The notes: a model not told the origin generated them from the sequence alone. Shown: positions 20,168 through 30,973, counted from the stretch's first letter. The stretch: DNA of 64,000 bases from Candidatus Binatia bacterium (GCA_963664395.2 OY761159.2:3808001-3872000), one strand, 5' to 3'. A program made the numbers and translations.

Positions 20168-20427
20168 ACCTACCACCTTTCTTAAGTGAAGGACGCCTGC
20201 GGGCCGCGAGGTGTCAGCCACTGGTAAGCAACAATGGATGATAGGTACGTATGGGATGGGAAACGTATGGGGTACGGACCGTCCAAGGCTGGTAGGAGCA
20301 CCCTCGTCTCAATACGCCTGCTTGTCAAGCGACACAAAAGATTTTCTCAGATAGGAGAATACTTATGGGAGAGATGTTCATCTTATATCGGGTACAGCTA
20401 TCACTTTATACGATATTTTAAGAGTCG

Positions 20428-20590
20428 CCTTGACACGGCGACGGCTCAGGCGGAGAGTGGTTAAGCCAACCCTGGGTGATCCCGGCTTACATCTTTTCCC
20501 GTCACACTAAGCAGCTATCTTCCATTGTTGACCGGTTTTTGACTCCTCACCGTGTGGAGGTGTCGCTTTCTCCGACACGGAGGTCCGGTC
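20428..20590 (+). promoter_or_regulatory. Repeated promoter-leader cassette, copy 3
   Basis: TTGACA (20430-20435), N17, GAGAGT (20453-20458), then a conserved leader and GGAGG before ATG 20591. Confidence 0.8.
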
Positions 20591-20671
20591 ATGTCCGTCA
20601 ACGCTCTGTCCAAAGCGCATAATGGGGTGCCCCCTCTGGCGCGTGCTCTTCCTGATCTGGCTCTCCTCTAA
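20591..20671 (+). CDS. 26-aa leader peptide or truncated paralog of 15285-15905
   Basis: MSVNALSKAHNGVPPLARALPDLALL; good RBS; N-terminus resembles MSEDSLPKV. Confidence 0.4.
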   Translation: MSVNALSKAHNGVPPLARALPDLALL

Positions 20672-20917
20672 TGACTCCGGCTAGCTCCTGTAGAGGTACA
20701 CTATGTCTATCCCGACTATGCTGTTCGCGAGCTGGCGATATTTCCGGGCAAAATTCAACCTGGATGACCACCAAAAGTGTAGCCGCACGTACTGCGCCAG
20801 AGGGCCTGCATTGACATTATTTCATCGCTGCATGCCACGGGAGAAAATCCGTGCCGAGAAAGCGACCTCTGAAACGACAGCAGTGTTGAATGGTTTTTCA
20901 CTTTGGGAGACACTAGC

Positions 20918-21238
20918 ATGAACGAGGGAGAGGCAGGATTATTTGTGGGGATAAAAATCTCACCGCGGCTACAGAGGGAGTTGGATAACTGTAACCGTGG
21001 GACCGAGCGCTACCTCAAAGAGGGTCAGCCCGAGGCGCTCAAGATTGTGACTCTGGGGAGGGACAAGCTTATTGGCCGGTTCTTGCGAGACGGATTCCCC
21101 GTTAGTGGCCTCGATAATGTCAGTCGTAATGTTCGCAGCGTCGTCACACGCATGACTCAGGGGCTCCGGTTAGCGGAGGATGCCGTCTGTATATACGCCG
21201 ACTCCACCGTTCCTCTATCACCTTTGGGACACGAGTAA
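20918..21238 (+). CDS. Hypothetical protein
   Basis: 106 aa; GGGAGA RBS; 5 nt before the SPFH gene. Confidence 0.7.
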   Translation: MNEGEAGLFVGIKISPRLQRELDNCNRGTERYLKEGQPEALKIVTLGRDKLIGRFLRDGFPVSGLDNVSRNVRSVVTRMTQGLRLAEDAVCIYADSTVPLSPLGHE

Positions 21239-21243
21239 CCGAT

Positions 21244-22038
21244 ATGTTCGGCATAGGGCCACTCGTAATATTCTTGGTCATCGCGGTCGGATTACTGATT
21301 GGCGGGGTGAAGATTCTCCAGGAGTATGAGCGCGCGGTTATTTTCCGCCTTGGACGGTTCGTGCCCTACCGCGGACCTGGGATTATCTACGTGATCCCCC
21401 TCGTGGAGCGCATGGTCAGAGTAGACTTGCGCACCATCACCATGGACACCCCTCCGCAGGACGTGATCACCCGTGATAATGTCTCGGTCGAGGTGAACGC
21501 GGTGCTCTACTTTCGGGTGCTTGATCCGGGCAAAGCGATCGTAGAAATCGAGAACTATCTCTTTGCCACTGCGCAGTTGGCGCAAACCACTCTGCGCAGT
21601 GTGTGCGGTCAGGCGCAGCTCGACGATCTACTGACGAACCGCGATAAGATTAACGCCCAACTACAGGATATTATTGATTCCCAGACCGACCCCTGGGGAG
21701 TGAAGGTGTCTCTGGTCGAGGTCAAGAATATTGACTTGCACCAGGACATGCAGCGGGTGATTGCCAGACAAGCGGAGGCGGAACGCGAACGCCGGGCCAA
21801 GGTCATCAACGCTGAGGGAGAATTCCAGGCGGCGCAACGGTTGGCCGACGCGGCACTGATCATCGAGCTGCACCCGGTTGCGCTCCAGTTGCGCTACCTC
21901 CAGACTCTCTCCGAAATCGCGACAAAGAATAACTCGACCATCCTGTTCCCTATACCAATTGATGTGCTTCGGCCTTTTCTTGGTAGCCTGGGCGGATCGT
22001 CATCACCCGGCGACTCGACCGATAGTGCAACCACGTAA
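21244..22038 (+). CDS. Stomatin-like SPFH/slipin protein
   Basis: [44 protein letters not shown] and [10 protein letters not shown] motifs. Confidence 0.95.
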   Translation: MFGIGPLVIFLVIAVGLLIGGVKILQEYERAVIFRLGRFVPYRGPGIIYVIPLVERMVRVDLRTITMDTPPQDVITRDNVSVEVNAVLYFRVLDPGKAIVEIENYLFATAQLAQTTLRSVCGQAQLDDLLTNRDKINAQLQDIIDSQTDPWGVKVSLVEVKNIDLHQDMQRVIARQAEAERERRAKVINAEGEFQAAQRLADAALIIELHPVALQLRYLQTLSEIATKNNSTILFPIPIDVLRPFLGSLGGSSSPGDSTDSATT

Positions 22039-22067
22039 AGCATTCCCCCTTATTAATGCGCCGTAGT

Positions 22068-22180
22068 GAAGCGTCCACTGTTTGAAAAGAAATTTGTCCC
22101 CCTGGTTCAGCTTGGTCTTCTGGGGCGTATTGGTCTCTTAGGGGAAGCAGGCCCAGAAGCGTCCACTGTTTGAAAAGAAA
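22068..22180. repeat. 25-bp direct repeat pair just 3' of tRNA-Ala
   Basis: GAAGCGTCCACTGTTTGAAAAGAAA at 22068-22092 and 22156-22180. Confidence 0.9.
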
Positions 22181-22182
22181 AG

Positions 22183-22255
<73 letters not shown>

Positions 22256-22395
22256 ACAGGAAAGATATCTGGCAGGTCGGATGGGTAGGGGGCTGCCAGA
22301 AGAATTCCGAACAGGCTAGCAGTCGCTTTTAGGCTTTGCAAGGGTGAACAAAGCACCCTTGGGAGTGGAATTTGAGGGCGCTTTTGGAAGAAAGG

Positions 22396-23607
22396 TTAGA
22401 CGAGGCCGACTTCCAAGTAGGTGAGTATCCCGCGCAGGCCGGAGGCATCGAAACGAGCGTTGAGGCGAGAGCGGAAAATAAAGTGATAAAAACCATCGTC
22501 GGATTTTGCTTCCGGCGGTGGATTTTCGTCCCACGCCCCCTGCTGGCAGGCGTCCAAAAGACTCTCATCAACCGCATAACTTCCAGAGCGGGTATGCAAG
22601 GTAACACCGCGCAGATCGCCCTTGTCGTCTAGCTTGGCTTGGATCTGAACGTAGTTGCGGGCTGCCACTACATCGTCAACCTGTAGATTGCGTCGCTGAC
22701 GAATCAAGAGATGCTGAAACACGCGTTGGGCAACCCGGCGGACAAACGGCGCAAAGCGACTCGCTTTGGTATTGAGAAAGGTGAGGTTGCCTTTGCGGAC
22801 GTCAGGCAGGTAGTCGAGGGTGCCGCGCGGTCCTGGCATGGTGAGGAAATTTTCGCGGGCCGGCGGTGGAGCCATGGCCAGGAGTTCATTGCCCGAGGGT
22901 GGGGTGCGCTGGGCTTCTTCTTCATCTTCGGCGTCGCCGTCTGTTGACAGCCAGCCTTTTGCCAATACGTCATCCGGCCGGGCAAAGAGTTGCGGCTTGG
23001 CTTTGCGCGCCTTGGGGTCGCCTTGCAGTGGCGAACGCTTGTGTTTGGCGTCCTTCAGCGCTTCTTCCAAGGGATTGTCAACCGGTGGTTTGCGACTGCG
23101 TCCCGGGGTGTTGAGGGCAAGCTGGGTCGGCTCTTTCTGGGCGACTGTGTCCGCCTTGTCGGGCGTCTGCTGTTTTTTTTCTTCGGGCGGCTTGGTCAGC
23201 GGTGTCCCGACTGCGACGGTCTGCTCTTTGACCGCGGTATTCCGATCGCTGAGAAAACGTGTCTTGTCTGGAACCTGCTCATTGACCTCATCTGGAACGC
23301 TGACGATCTGTTGTTCTGGAACTGCCGGCGGTGGCTTTTGTTCCTCTTTGGGTTGTTCCTCTTTGGGTGGCTCTGGCTCTTTGACTTGTGGAGGAACCTG
23401 CGCGACTTGGGGCGGGGTGAGTGCCTCCGGAGGCAGCAACTCAACGGCCGTCAATTGTTCTTGCGGCGGCGCTTGGGCGCGTTTGAATTGGGGCCACAAC
23501 AGGAGCAGGATAAGATGGAGGAGGAGAGAGAACAGCAGGAAGAGCACGAGCGGGTCACGCTGTGCGGGACGGAGAAGTGTTGAGGCCGCAACCGACATTT
23601 GAGGCAT
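22396..23607 (-). CDS. TonB-family energy transducer-like protein
   Basis: N-terminal TM with SLLLH, Pro/Glu/Lys-rich linker, TonB-C-like SGSYAVDES; start uncertain (23634/23607/23598). Confidence 0.75.
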   Translation of the reverse strand: MPQMSVAASTLLRPAQRDPLVLFLLFSLLLHLILLLLWPQFKRAQAPPQEQLTAVELLPPEALTPPQVAQVPPQVKEPEPPKEEQPKEEQKPPPAVPEQQIVSVPDEVNEQVPDKTRFLSDRNTAVKEQTVAVGTPLTKPPEEKKQQTPDKADTVAQKEPTQLALNTPGRSRKPPVDNPLEEALKDAKHKRSPLQGDPKARKAKPQLFARPDDVLAKGWLSTDGDAEDEEEAQRTPPSGNELLAMAPPPARENFLTMPGPRGTLDYLPDVRKGNLTFLNTKASRFAPFVRRVAQRVFQHLLIRQRRNLQVDDVVAARNYVQIQAKLDDKGDLRGVTLHTRSGSYAVDESLLDACQQGAWDENPPPEAKSDDGFYHFIFRSRLNARFDASGLRGILTYLEVGLV

Positions 23608-23695
23608 TCTAGCTGTCTGGAAGAAGGGCCGCAAGGAAACGCTGAGGCGTCTGGGTCTTGCTCGGCGGCGCGGGCCAGCTTATGGTGGGCATATT

Positions 23696-23896
23696 ATGTT
23701 TGGTCTTGGTGTTGGCGAACTGGCTATTATTCTCGTCATTGTCCTTATCATATTCGGGGCGGGGAAGCTGCCGGAGATAGGTGAGGGACTTGGCAAGGGC
23801 ATACGCAGCTTTCGAAAAGCCGTCAAAACCCCAGACGAAATAGACGTCACTCCCGAGCAGGGAGCAGGCGACGGACCCAGCGAAAAGCCTCAATAG
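23696..23896 (+). CDS. tatA: Twin-arginine translocase TatA/E
   Basis: MFGLGVGEL...[23 protein letters not shown]. Confidence 0.95.
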   Translation: MFGLGVGELAIILVIVLIIFGAGKLPEIGEGLGKGIRSFRKAVKTPDEIDVTPEQGAGDGPSEKPQ

Positions 23897-25053
23897 GGCC
23901 GACCGAATTGAGCCGCGACAATACGGCTGCTAAATTCCACGACCTGCTCGGGCGGCTCGGTAAAAGTAATCAGAAAATCAACCCCTTCTCCTGCCGGGAC
24001 CCGGAATTGCTTAGGCGGCATGAGACTCTGTAATATCTGCACCTGCCGGCGCGTGAGACTTTCGAGCACTTCCGGTGCGGTCTCGGTCCCGCAGAAAATG
24101 TGTCGCTGTCCTAACGTCTTGCCGCTGACGCTGAGCAGCGTGCCTTCGATTTGAATACTCTGTACGGGAACGCCGGCTTGATTCACCGCCCTGCCTGCAA
24201 TAGCAAAGATCTGGTGCCCATCGTTTGTGTGCCAGAAGCTTCCCCGCATTTTTGTGAGGGCAATATGCCGTGCGGAAGGACGTTCGGCATCGAGTAGGGG
24301 ACCGAGTACAGGCACGTGGGAAAACACTGCCGCGGTCTCCTCCAAGTAAGAGAACGCGACAAAGGTACAGCCAGCATATCCGGCGACGATCAGGCCGAGG
24401 AGCAAGACGAGCAACTTCAGTGAAAAAACTGTCTCTCGCGGGGTTGGGGTTGGGAGGGGCGTAAGCTCAATTCTGCCTTCGTTGGTTTGGTCTTCGTCAA
24501 AGAAGGGTGTCTCGGTTGACGGAAAGTTATCCCGCTCTGGCTGCCTGGCCGGGTTGAAATGGTCTGTTTCTGCTCGTCTATTCGAGTGTGCAGACTGTGC
24601 GAAATCGGTTGAATCTGTCGCTTCTGCTGCTGCATCAGTGGCAAGGTCAGGGGATATGCTATCCGACCAGTCTTGATCAGCTTGCTCCCGCAGGTTTTGC
24701 TCAGCAGACAGATCAGAAACAGAAGGCTGCGTCGTAAGAGCGTCAGAAGAGGATAAGGAATTAGAAAACGTGAAGGCGGGATCATCAGCAGGAGCCTGAG
24801 CAGGAGCCTGAGCAGGAATCTGAGCGGGAACCTGAGAGAGTGTGGCTTCCGGCTCACTGTGTTGTTCTGGCAGGTGGTCTATTTGGACAACAGGCGGGAC
24901 AGACTGGAAAACATGCCCACAGTCTGCTTGCGAACATTCAAAAAACGTTGTTTCATCAACTGCCCCTGCCACCTCGGTCCGATAACGAGTATGGCAGGAA
25001 GGGCATTCCACAATCACACGCCACCTCCTCAGGTCCATAGCGATTGTATGCAC
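23890..25053 (-). CDS. Zinc-ribbon and DUF3426-like membrane protein
   Basis: CPSC...[10 protein letters not shown] zinc ribbon, acidic linker, one TM, beta-rich C-terminal domain; start uncertain. Confidence 0.75.
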   Translation of the reverse strand: MHTIAMDLRRWRVIVECPSCHTRYRTEVAGAVDETTFFECSQADCGHVFQSVPPVVQIDHLPEQHSEPEATLSQVPAQIPAQAPAQAPADDPAFTFSNSLSSSDALTTQPSVSDLSAEQNLREQADQDWSDSISPDLATDAAAEATDSTDFAQSAHSNRRAETDHFNPARQPERDNFPSTETPFFDEDQTNEGRIELTPLPTPTPRETVFSLKLLVLLLGLIVAGYAGCTFVAFSYLEETAAVFSHVPVLGPLLDAERPSARHIALTKMRGSFWHTNDGHQIFAIAGRAVNQAGVPVQSIQIEGTLLSVSGKTLGQRHIFCGTETAPEVLESLTRRQVQILQSLMPPKQFRVPAGEGVDFLITFTEPPEQVVEFSSRIVAAQFGRPY

Positions 25054-25075
25054 AAGTGAAGAAAAATCAAATATA

Positions 25076-25105
25076 TTGACGGCGAGTTGGAGAAAAAACT
25101 ATAAT
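25076..25105 (+). promoter_or_regulatory. Sigma70-type promoter of the plsC-rnj-ftsK operon
   Basis: TTGACG-N18-TATAAT. Confidence 0.6.
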
Positions 25106-25144
25106 GTTGGGACGATTAGTGGAGAGAGAAAAGAGGAGTAGTAT

Positions 25145-25978
25145 TTGAGCATCCTTGCCACACTACGCATGGCATTCATTGTCCTGCATACCATATTCTG
25201 GGGAGGTCTGATCTATATCCTCTCTTTTCTTGACTCCTATCCCTATGCTGAGCGTGCGGCCCGCCTCCTCCGATTCTGGGCAAAAGGAAATCTGTGGGTG
25301 TGCCGTGTGTCTGTCCGCGTGCAAGGCCTGAGTCAGCTGAACCCCCACTCGGCCTATCTTTTCATGTCCAATCACCAGAGCCAGTTTGATATACTCGCTC
25401 TCATGTCTGCCCTGGAAGATTTCCCCTTGCGTTGGGTTGCCAAGCATGAACTGCGCAAAGTGCCCATCTTAGGCGCGTGTATGCAGCGTACCCATCAAAT
25501 ATTGGTAGACCGAGGGAACCGGACCCAGACAGTTGCCACAGTGCGTAAGGTCAAGGAACTGCTCCGCGCTCATATCTCAGTATTGTTTTTCCCTGAGGGG
25601 ACGCGCGGAGAAAACGGTCGTCTCTTGCCGTTTAAGCCTGGCGGCTTTATGGCCGCAGTGGAAGCGGGGGTGCCGGTCGTCCCCATCACGATTAACGGCA
25701 GCCGGTCAATCCTACCATCCGGGGATTGGAAAGTCCGCCCTGGAGAAATTGAGATTGTCATTGGTACACCTATTCCGATTCATCGAGACGGCACGCGAAA
25801 GGCCGCCCGCACCGCTCTGTTGACGCAGGTCGAGGCGGCGATTGCGGCCCGGTTGAAAACCGATGAGTCCACTCCGGCGGCATACGCTGAGAGGTCGGCC
25901 GCCCTGCCGCAATCTGTACACCCGGCCCGTCTTTCTGAACAAGACGGGCGTGAGAGTGAGTATGGGGTGGCACGATGA
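25145..25978 (+). CDS. plsC: 1-acyl-sn-glycerol-3-phosphate acyltransferase
   Basis: NHQSQFD and FPEGTR motifs. Confidence 0.9.
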   Translation: MSILATLRMAFIVLHTIFWGGLIYILSFLDSYPYAERAARLLRFWAKGNLWVCRVSVRVQGLSQLNPHSAYLFMSNHQSQFDILALMSALEDFPLRWVAKHELRKVPILGACMQRTHQILVDRGNRTQTVATVRKVKELLRAHISVLFFPEGTRGENGRLLPFKPGGFMAAVEAGVPVVPITINGSRSILPSGDWKVRPGEIEIVIGTPIPIHRDGTRKAARTALLTQVEAAIAARLKTDESTPAAYAERSAALPQSVHPARLSEQDGRESEYGVAR

Positions 25979-27642
25979 GTGAAGGCTGCCTGCGTATTGT
26001 GCCATTAGGCGGCTTGGGCGAGATTGGACTTAATCTGATGTTGATTGAGTACTGTCCGGCCGGCTCTGCAGAAACCGTGGCTATCGCCATAGACTGCGGG
26101 CTCATGTTTCCGGAACAGGAAATGTTGGGGATAGACATCGTCATTCCTGACTTGAGCTATCTCCGAGAGCAGCACCATCTGCAAGCTGTGGTGCTGACGC
26201 ATGGGCATGAAGACCATATCGGCGCGCTGCCGTATGTCCTGAAAGAATTTAACGTCCCGGTGTATGGGACGCCGTTTACCCTTGGCCTGGTGCGTGACAA
26301 ACTGCGCGAACATCGCCTCTTGGACAGTGTTGAACTACATGAATTCCGGCCTCGGGAGTCCTGGGATATCGGTCCTTTTGGTCTTGAAGGAATTCATGTC
26401 ACGCACAGTATTGTGGATGCTTCCGCCTTAGCCATTACCACTCCTCTTGGGACGATAATTCATACCGGAGATTTTCGGTTCGATCAGACGCCCATAGACG
26501 GCCGCCCGTCCGATTTGAACCGTTTTGCCGAATGGGGAGAACGGGGCGTGCTGCTGCTGCTGTCCGACTCGACCAATGTCGAACGAGCCGGCTCGACCCG
26601 GTCCGAACGGACGGTCACCCGACCGCTTGAGGATATTATTGCCCACGCTCAGGGCAAAGTCCTGGTGGCAACCTTTGCCTCACATATTCACCGTATTCGC
26701 CAAGTTATTGATTTATCAGTCAAACAGGGCCGTCACGTCGGCTTCGTAGGCAGACGACTGGTGGGCAATATCGGCATTGCCGAGGAGACCGGGCACTTAC
26801 CTCTGCCACAAGAGGCTCTGATTGATATTGCGACCGTACGGGGCCGCGCCCCGCACACCGTGACCTTGCTCACAACCGGATCGCAAGGCGAGCCCCTTTC
26901 GGCCCTGTCGCGGATTGCTGCCGGAGGCCATAAGCAGGTGCAGCTTGAGGTCGGAGACACGGTTATCTTGTCGTCACGGGTCATTCCCGGCAACGAGCGC
27001 ACAATTGCGCGGCTGATTGATCATCTCTCCCGACGGGGAGCTGAGGTGTATTATGAGGCCATTGCCTGTGTGCATGTGTCCGGCCATGCGGCTCAGGATG
27101 AATTGCGCTTGATGCTCAATCTGGTCCGCCCGCAGTATTTTGTTCCCATACACGGTGAATATCGTTTCCTGGCGCGCCATTGTGCGCTGGCCCGAGAAGT
27201 CGGAGTCGATCCCAACGGCGTCTTTCTTCTCGAAGATGGACACGTGTTGGAAATCAATGCGCAGGAAGCCCGACAGACTGATTCCGTCACCGCGGGGCGC
27301 GTCTTTGTTGACGGGCTGGCCGGAATCGAAGAAGAAGTCCTGCGTGATCGCCGGCATGTGGCTGAGGATGGCCTGGTTGTCGCCATCATCGGGCTGGAGC
27401 AACAGACCGGAGAACTCTTGAGTGGACCCGATTTGCTCTCGCGCGGCTTTCTGCCGTCAACAAACGGAGATGGATATGCAGCCGCAAAAGAGGCCGTGCG
27501 CACCACGCTTGATGCGCTACCGGCCGAGTCCCGGACTGATGTCGGTGTCGTGAAGGAGCAGGTTCGGCTGGCCTTGCGGCGCCATTTTCGCAAGACACTT
27601 GGGCGCCGGCCCGTAGTCTTGCCGTTTGTCATGGAGATGTAG
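25975..27642 (+). CDS. rnj: Ribonuclease J
   Basis: PLGGLGEIG, THGHEDHIG, SDSTN and HVSGHA motifs. Confidence 0.96.
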   Translation: MSEGCLRIVPLGGLGEIGLNLMLIEYCPAGSAETVAIAIDCGLMFPEQEMLGIDIVIPDLSYLREQHHLQAVVLTHGHEDHIGALPYVLKEFNVPVYGTPFTLGLVRDKLREHRLLDSVELHEFRPRESWDIGPFGLEGIHVTHSIVDASALAITTPLGTIIHTGDFRFDQTPIDGRPSDLNRFAEWGERGVLLLLSDSTNVERAGSTRSERTVTRPLEDIIAHAQGKVLVATFASHIHRIRQVIDLSVKQGRHVGFVGRRLVGNIGIAEETGHLPLPQEALIDIATVRGRAPHTVTLLTTGSQGEPLSALSRIAAGGHKQVQLEVGDTVILSSRVIPGNERTIARLIDHLSRRGAEVYYEAIACVHVSGHAAQDELRLMLNLVRPQYFVPIHGEYRFLARHCALAREVGVDPNGVFLLEDGHVLEINAQEARQTDSVTAGRVFVDGLAGIEEEVLRDRRHVAEDGLVVAIIGLEQQTGELLSGPDLLSRGFLPSTNGDGYAAAKEAVRTTLDALPAESRTDVGVVKEQVRLALRRHFRKTLGRRPVVLPFVMEM

Positions 27643-27658
27643 AGGTGGGGAGGATGGT

Positions 27659-30154
27659 ATGGGAGGCAGGAAAAAATCGCGTCGGCAAGACGAAGGCGCC
27701 GAGCGGGAACGCGCGACTGTTCAGGAACGCTCCGTTGCTCAGGAGCGCTCCGCTTTTGGTGAGGGGGTTGGCGTTCTGTGTGTGACGCTGACTATTTTTT
27801 TCGGATTGGCCTTTTCTTCGTACCAGCCCGGGGCTGCTGAGGGGAATCAGGTGGGCCAGGTCGGCTATTTTCTCGCCGATCTTTTTTGTCGGACATTCGG
27901 TCTCGCCTCCTATCTGTTCCCGTCCGTCTTGGTGTACGTGATGGCGCTCAGGTTCCGCTGGCTGCGTTGCCCGGCACCGTTCATCCAAGGCATCTGGTGT
28001 GTTGTCTTTACGCTGTCGGTCGCGGCCTTTCTTGCGCTCTGGTTCGATGGTCGGCCTTTCTTCCAGGCCGGAGGCTGGGTTGGTGGCTTCTTGGCCCTCC
28101 ATCTGCGCCAAGCTGGTAATCTTGTCGGCGCCTACTTACTCTTGTTCCCGGTTTTACTGGTCTCTTTTATGGGCATGACGCGGCTCTCGCTGCTCAAGGC
28201 CGGCGTTGCGCTGCTCGCCGGCGGGCGTGCAACCGCACGCCTGGCCTGGCCTGGCTTCCAGACCGGCGCAGGTCAGGTCTCAGCCTGGGTCACTCAGCTC
28301 GTTACCCGCGGCACGACATGGTGGGCGGGGTGGCGTGGTGCGCCATCGGAAAGCCTGTTATCCGCAGGGGATATGTCCAAAGAGGATGCCTTCGAGGCCT
28401 ACATGCTCGAAAAAGAGCCGCCGCGGTCTCGGGCGACGCCAAAGAAAAAAAAGCGCCCAGCCATACAAGCAGTTGAATCCAGATCGCCTGACGATCTGGA
28501 TGAGCCAGCAGAGAGTAAGCCGCCTATTATTATCAGTCGGCCCCTCTCAACAGTGGACAAGGACGAACCTGCCTCTCCGGCGTATTCTCCAAGCCCAACC
28601 GGTGGTGCGGACAATCGACCGTATGAGTTGCCTGCCCTGGCCCTGCTTGATCCACCTGTCCGTTTAGCGGTGAAGGTTGATGAAGAAGCGCTGCACGCCA
28701 GCTCTCAGATATTGGAAAATAAGCTGGGCGATTTTGGCGTTTCCGGCAGCGTGGTCGCAGTGCGGCCTGGCCCGGTCATTACGACCTATGAGTTTGAACC
28801 TGCGCCCGGTGTCAAGGTCAATCGCGTGGTGGCGTTAGCCGATGATCTGCAAATGGCCTTACGCGCCGTGTCCGTCCGCATCCTGGCCCCGATTCCGGGT
28901 AAAGCCGTAGTGGGTATCGAAGTCTCCAATCCCAAGCGCGAGAAAGTGTGTTTGCGAGAAATCCTCGACAGTACGGTCTGCCGGCAGACCGAGTCGCCCC
29001 TGGCCCTGGCGTTAGGCAAGGATACGGTGGGCAATCCTGTTGTGACGGACTTGGCGCGTATGCCCCATCTGCTTGTAGCCGGGGCAACCGGGACCGGAAA
29101 GTCAGTCTCGCTCAATGTGATGATTATGAGTATTCTGGCCCGCGCGACACCGCGCGATGTTCGCTTTATCATGATCGATCCCAAGATGCTGGAACTCTCC
29201 TTATACGAGGGTCTGCCGCACCAACTGTCGCATGTTATTACCAATCCCAAGGAAGCCGGTGTCGCCCTCCAGGAGGTCGTGCGGCGTATGGAGTACCGCT
29301 ATAAGCTGCTCAAAGATAAAGGGGTGCGGAATATTGCGGCCTATAACCGAGCGCTCGAAACCGGCGAAACGGACACCGACGGGATTATTAAGCTGACAGA
29401 GATCGTCCACGACGATGAAGACGACATGACCGCTGTTCGACCCAAACCGAGGTCCAAGCCCCAGCTTGAACTCGACCATCAACGCTTACCCTATCTCATT
29501 GTCCTGGTCGATGAATTAGCGGATCTGATGTTGACGGTCGGTCGGGAAATCGAGGAGCCGATTACCCGGCTGGCCCAGATGGGGCGCGCGGCTGGCATTC
29601 ATCTGATTCTGGCAACCCAGCGACCGTCTGTTGATGTGATCACCGGATTGATTAAAGCGAACTTTCCGGCCCGGGTTTCCTTTCAGGTCTCCTCTCGTAT
29701 CGACTCCCGGACAATCCTGGACGCCATGGGTGCCGAGCGTCTGCTGGGCGACGGCGATATGCTGTTCCTCCCACCGGGCAGCGCCAAACCACAGCGTATT
29801 CATGGCGCCTTTGTCTCAGAACCCGAGATCAGGAAGCTTGCCTTGGCGATTAAGAAGCAGGGCAAGCCGGTGTTCGATGCGGACTTGGTCACTGCGCTCG
29901 AATCCGCGCGGACGCAGAAGGGGGCTGGTCCGCAGGAGGAAGAGGATTACGATGAAATGTATGAGCAGGCACGCGAACTGGTTATTGAGAGTGACCAAGC
30001 CTCTATTTCCTGGCTACAACGTCGCTTGCGCGTCGGCTATAACCGGGCCGCGCGCATGATTGAGCGGATGGAGCGCGAAGGTCTCATCGCGCCTGCTGGT
30101 GAAGCCGGGAAACCGCGGGCGGTCCTGGTGCAAGCGCAGGCCAAGGCTGAGTAG
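27659..30154 (+). CDS. ftsK: DNA translocase FtsK
   Basis: 4TM N-terminus, GATGTGKS, ATQRPSVDVITG, gamma domain LQRRLRVGYNRAAR. Confidence 0.97.
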   Translation: MGGRKKSRRQDEGAERERATVQERSVAQERSAFGEGVGVLCVTLTIFFGLAFSSYQPGAAEGNQVGQVGYFLADLFCRTFGLASYLFPSVLVYVMALRFRWLRCPAPFIQGIWCVVFTLSVAAFLALWFDGRPFFQAGGWVGGFLALHLRQAGNLVGAYLLLFPVLLVSFMGMTRLSLLKAGVALLAGGRATARLAWPGFQTGAGQVSAWVTQLVTRGTTWWAGWRGAPSESLLSAGDMSKEDAFEAYMLEKEPPRSRATPKKKKRPAIQAVESRSPDDLDEPAESKPPIIISRPLSTVDKDEPASPAYSPSPTGGADNRPYELPALALLDPPVRLAVKVDEEALHASSQILENKLGDFGVSGSVVAVRPGPVITTYEFEPAPGVKVNRVVALADDLQMALRAVSVRILAPIPGKAVVGIEVSNPKREKVCLREILDSTVCRQTESPLALALGKDTVGNPVVTDLARMPHLLVAGATGTGKSVSLNVMIMSILARATPRDVRFIMIDPKMLELSLYEGLPHQLSHVITNPKEAGVALQEVVRRMEYRYKLLKDKGVRNIAAYNRALETGETDTDGIIKLTEIVHDDEDDMTAVRPKPRSKPQLELDHQRLPYLIVLVDELADLMLTVGREIEEPITRLAQMGRAAGIHLILATQRPSVDVITGLIKANFPARVSFQVSSRIDSRTILDAMGAERLLGDGDMLFLPPGSAKPQRIHGAFVSEPEIRKLALAIKKQGKPVFDADLVTALESARTQKGAGPQEEEDYDEMYEQARELVIESDQASISWLQRRLRVGYNRAARMIERMEREGLIAPAGEAGKPRAVLVQAQAKAE

Positions 30155-30226
30155 GCTGGGGGCAGTCGTGTCGTTCTTTCCAGCGGTCAGGGCCGCGTCG
30201 TGTTCTCATCATGTGCGAAGTAGTGT

Positions 30227-30973
30227 ATGCGCTTTTTTGTAACCGGCCTGATGGCCCTCCTGCTTTCCTTGACTGAGGGATATCTCTTTGCCTCTCCTTC
30301 AGTCGAGGAGCCCGAAGAGTCCGAAGAGTCCGAGGAGCCCGAAGAGTCCGCTGGACAATCTTCCGGAGGCCGTGCCCCTGATGATACGACTGTCAGTGAG
30401 ACAGTCGCGGCCCGTCTCCAAGCACGCTACGACGAAACCGATGGTTTCCGGGCCGACTTTGTCCAAGAGGTCACCTCCGCAACACTGGGACAGACACTCA
30501 CGTCTCGTGGGCGGGTGTTCTTCAAGAAACCGGGCCGTATGCGTTGGGAGTTTGTGGAACCGCGGCAGCTCGTGGTCGCCGATGGCAGCGCCCTGTGGCT
30601 GTACCAGCCCTCAGAGCAGCAAGTTGTGAAAACGCCTTTTCAATACGCCTTCAACTCGCAGACGCCGGTGTCGTTTTTAACCGGAGTCGGGCGCTTGGAG
30701 GACGATTTCTTCGTCCTTTCCCGCGGTGAGACAAACGCCGTATATCAGCTCCGTCTCATGCCCAAGCAGGCGGCTGAGGCGATTGGCCGATTGGATATCG
30801 AAGTGAGTAAGGACACGTTTGACATTCTTCAAGCCATGATCACTGACCCGCTGGGGAATATGACGCGTGTGCGCTTCACACACATTGAGCGTGAAATAGA
30901 AATGGACGACGCGCTGTTCAGGTTCAAGTTGCCGCCTGGGGTTGATCTGGTTGAACCCATACCCGGCTCGTAA
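30227..30973 (+). CDS. lolA: Outer-membrane lipoprotein carrier LolA
   Basis: ADFVQ, KKPGRMRWE and VADGSALWLY motifs; follows ftsK. Confidence 0.9.
   Translation: MRFFVTGLMALLLSLTEGYLFASPSVEEPEESEESEEPEESAGQSSGGRAPDDTTVSETVAARLQARYDETDGFRADFVQEVTSATLGQTLTSRGRVFFKKPGRMRWEFVEPRQLVVADGSALWLYQPSEQQVVKTPFQYAFNSQTPVSFLTGVGRLEDDFFVLSRGETNAVYQLRLMPKQAAEAIGRLDIEVSKDTFDILQAMITDPLGNMTRVRFTHIEREIEMDDALFRFKLPPGVDLVEPIPGS

Noticed and set aside
14185-20590. Leader cassettes as MITE or IS ends
   Set aside because: No terminal inverted repeats, target duplications or transposase were seen, and each copy is oriented promoter-to-RBS. Not fully excluded without an ISfinder search.
22068-22180. Mini CRISPR array (repeat-spacer-repeat)
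   Set aside because: Only two repeats, a 63-bp spacer, no cas genes, and the repeat is the tRNA trailer.
22820-23602. Long antisense ORFs (also 30677..31612, 32466..33200, 42306..43268 and similar)
   Set aside because: Shadow frames of well-supported genes in GC-rich DNA, with no motifs of their own.
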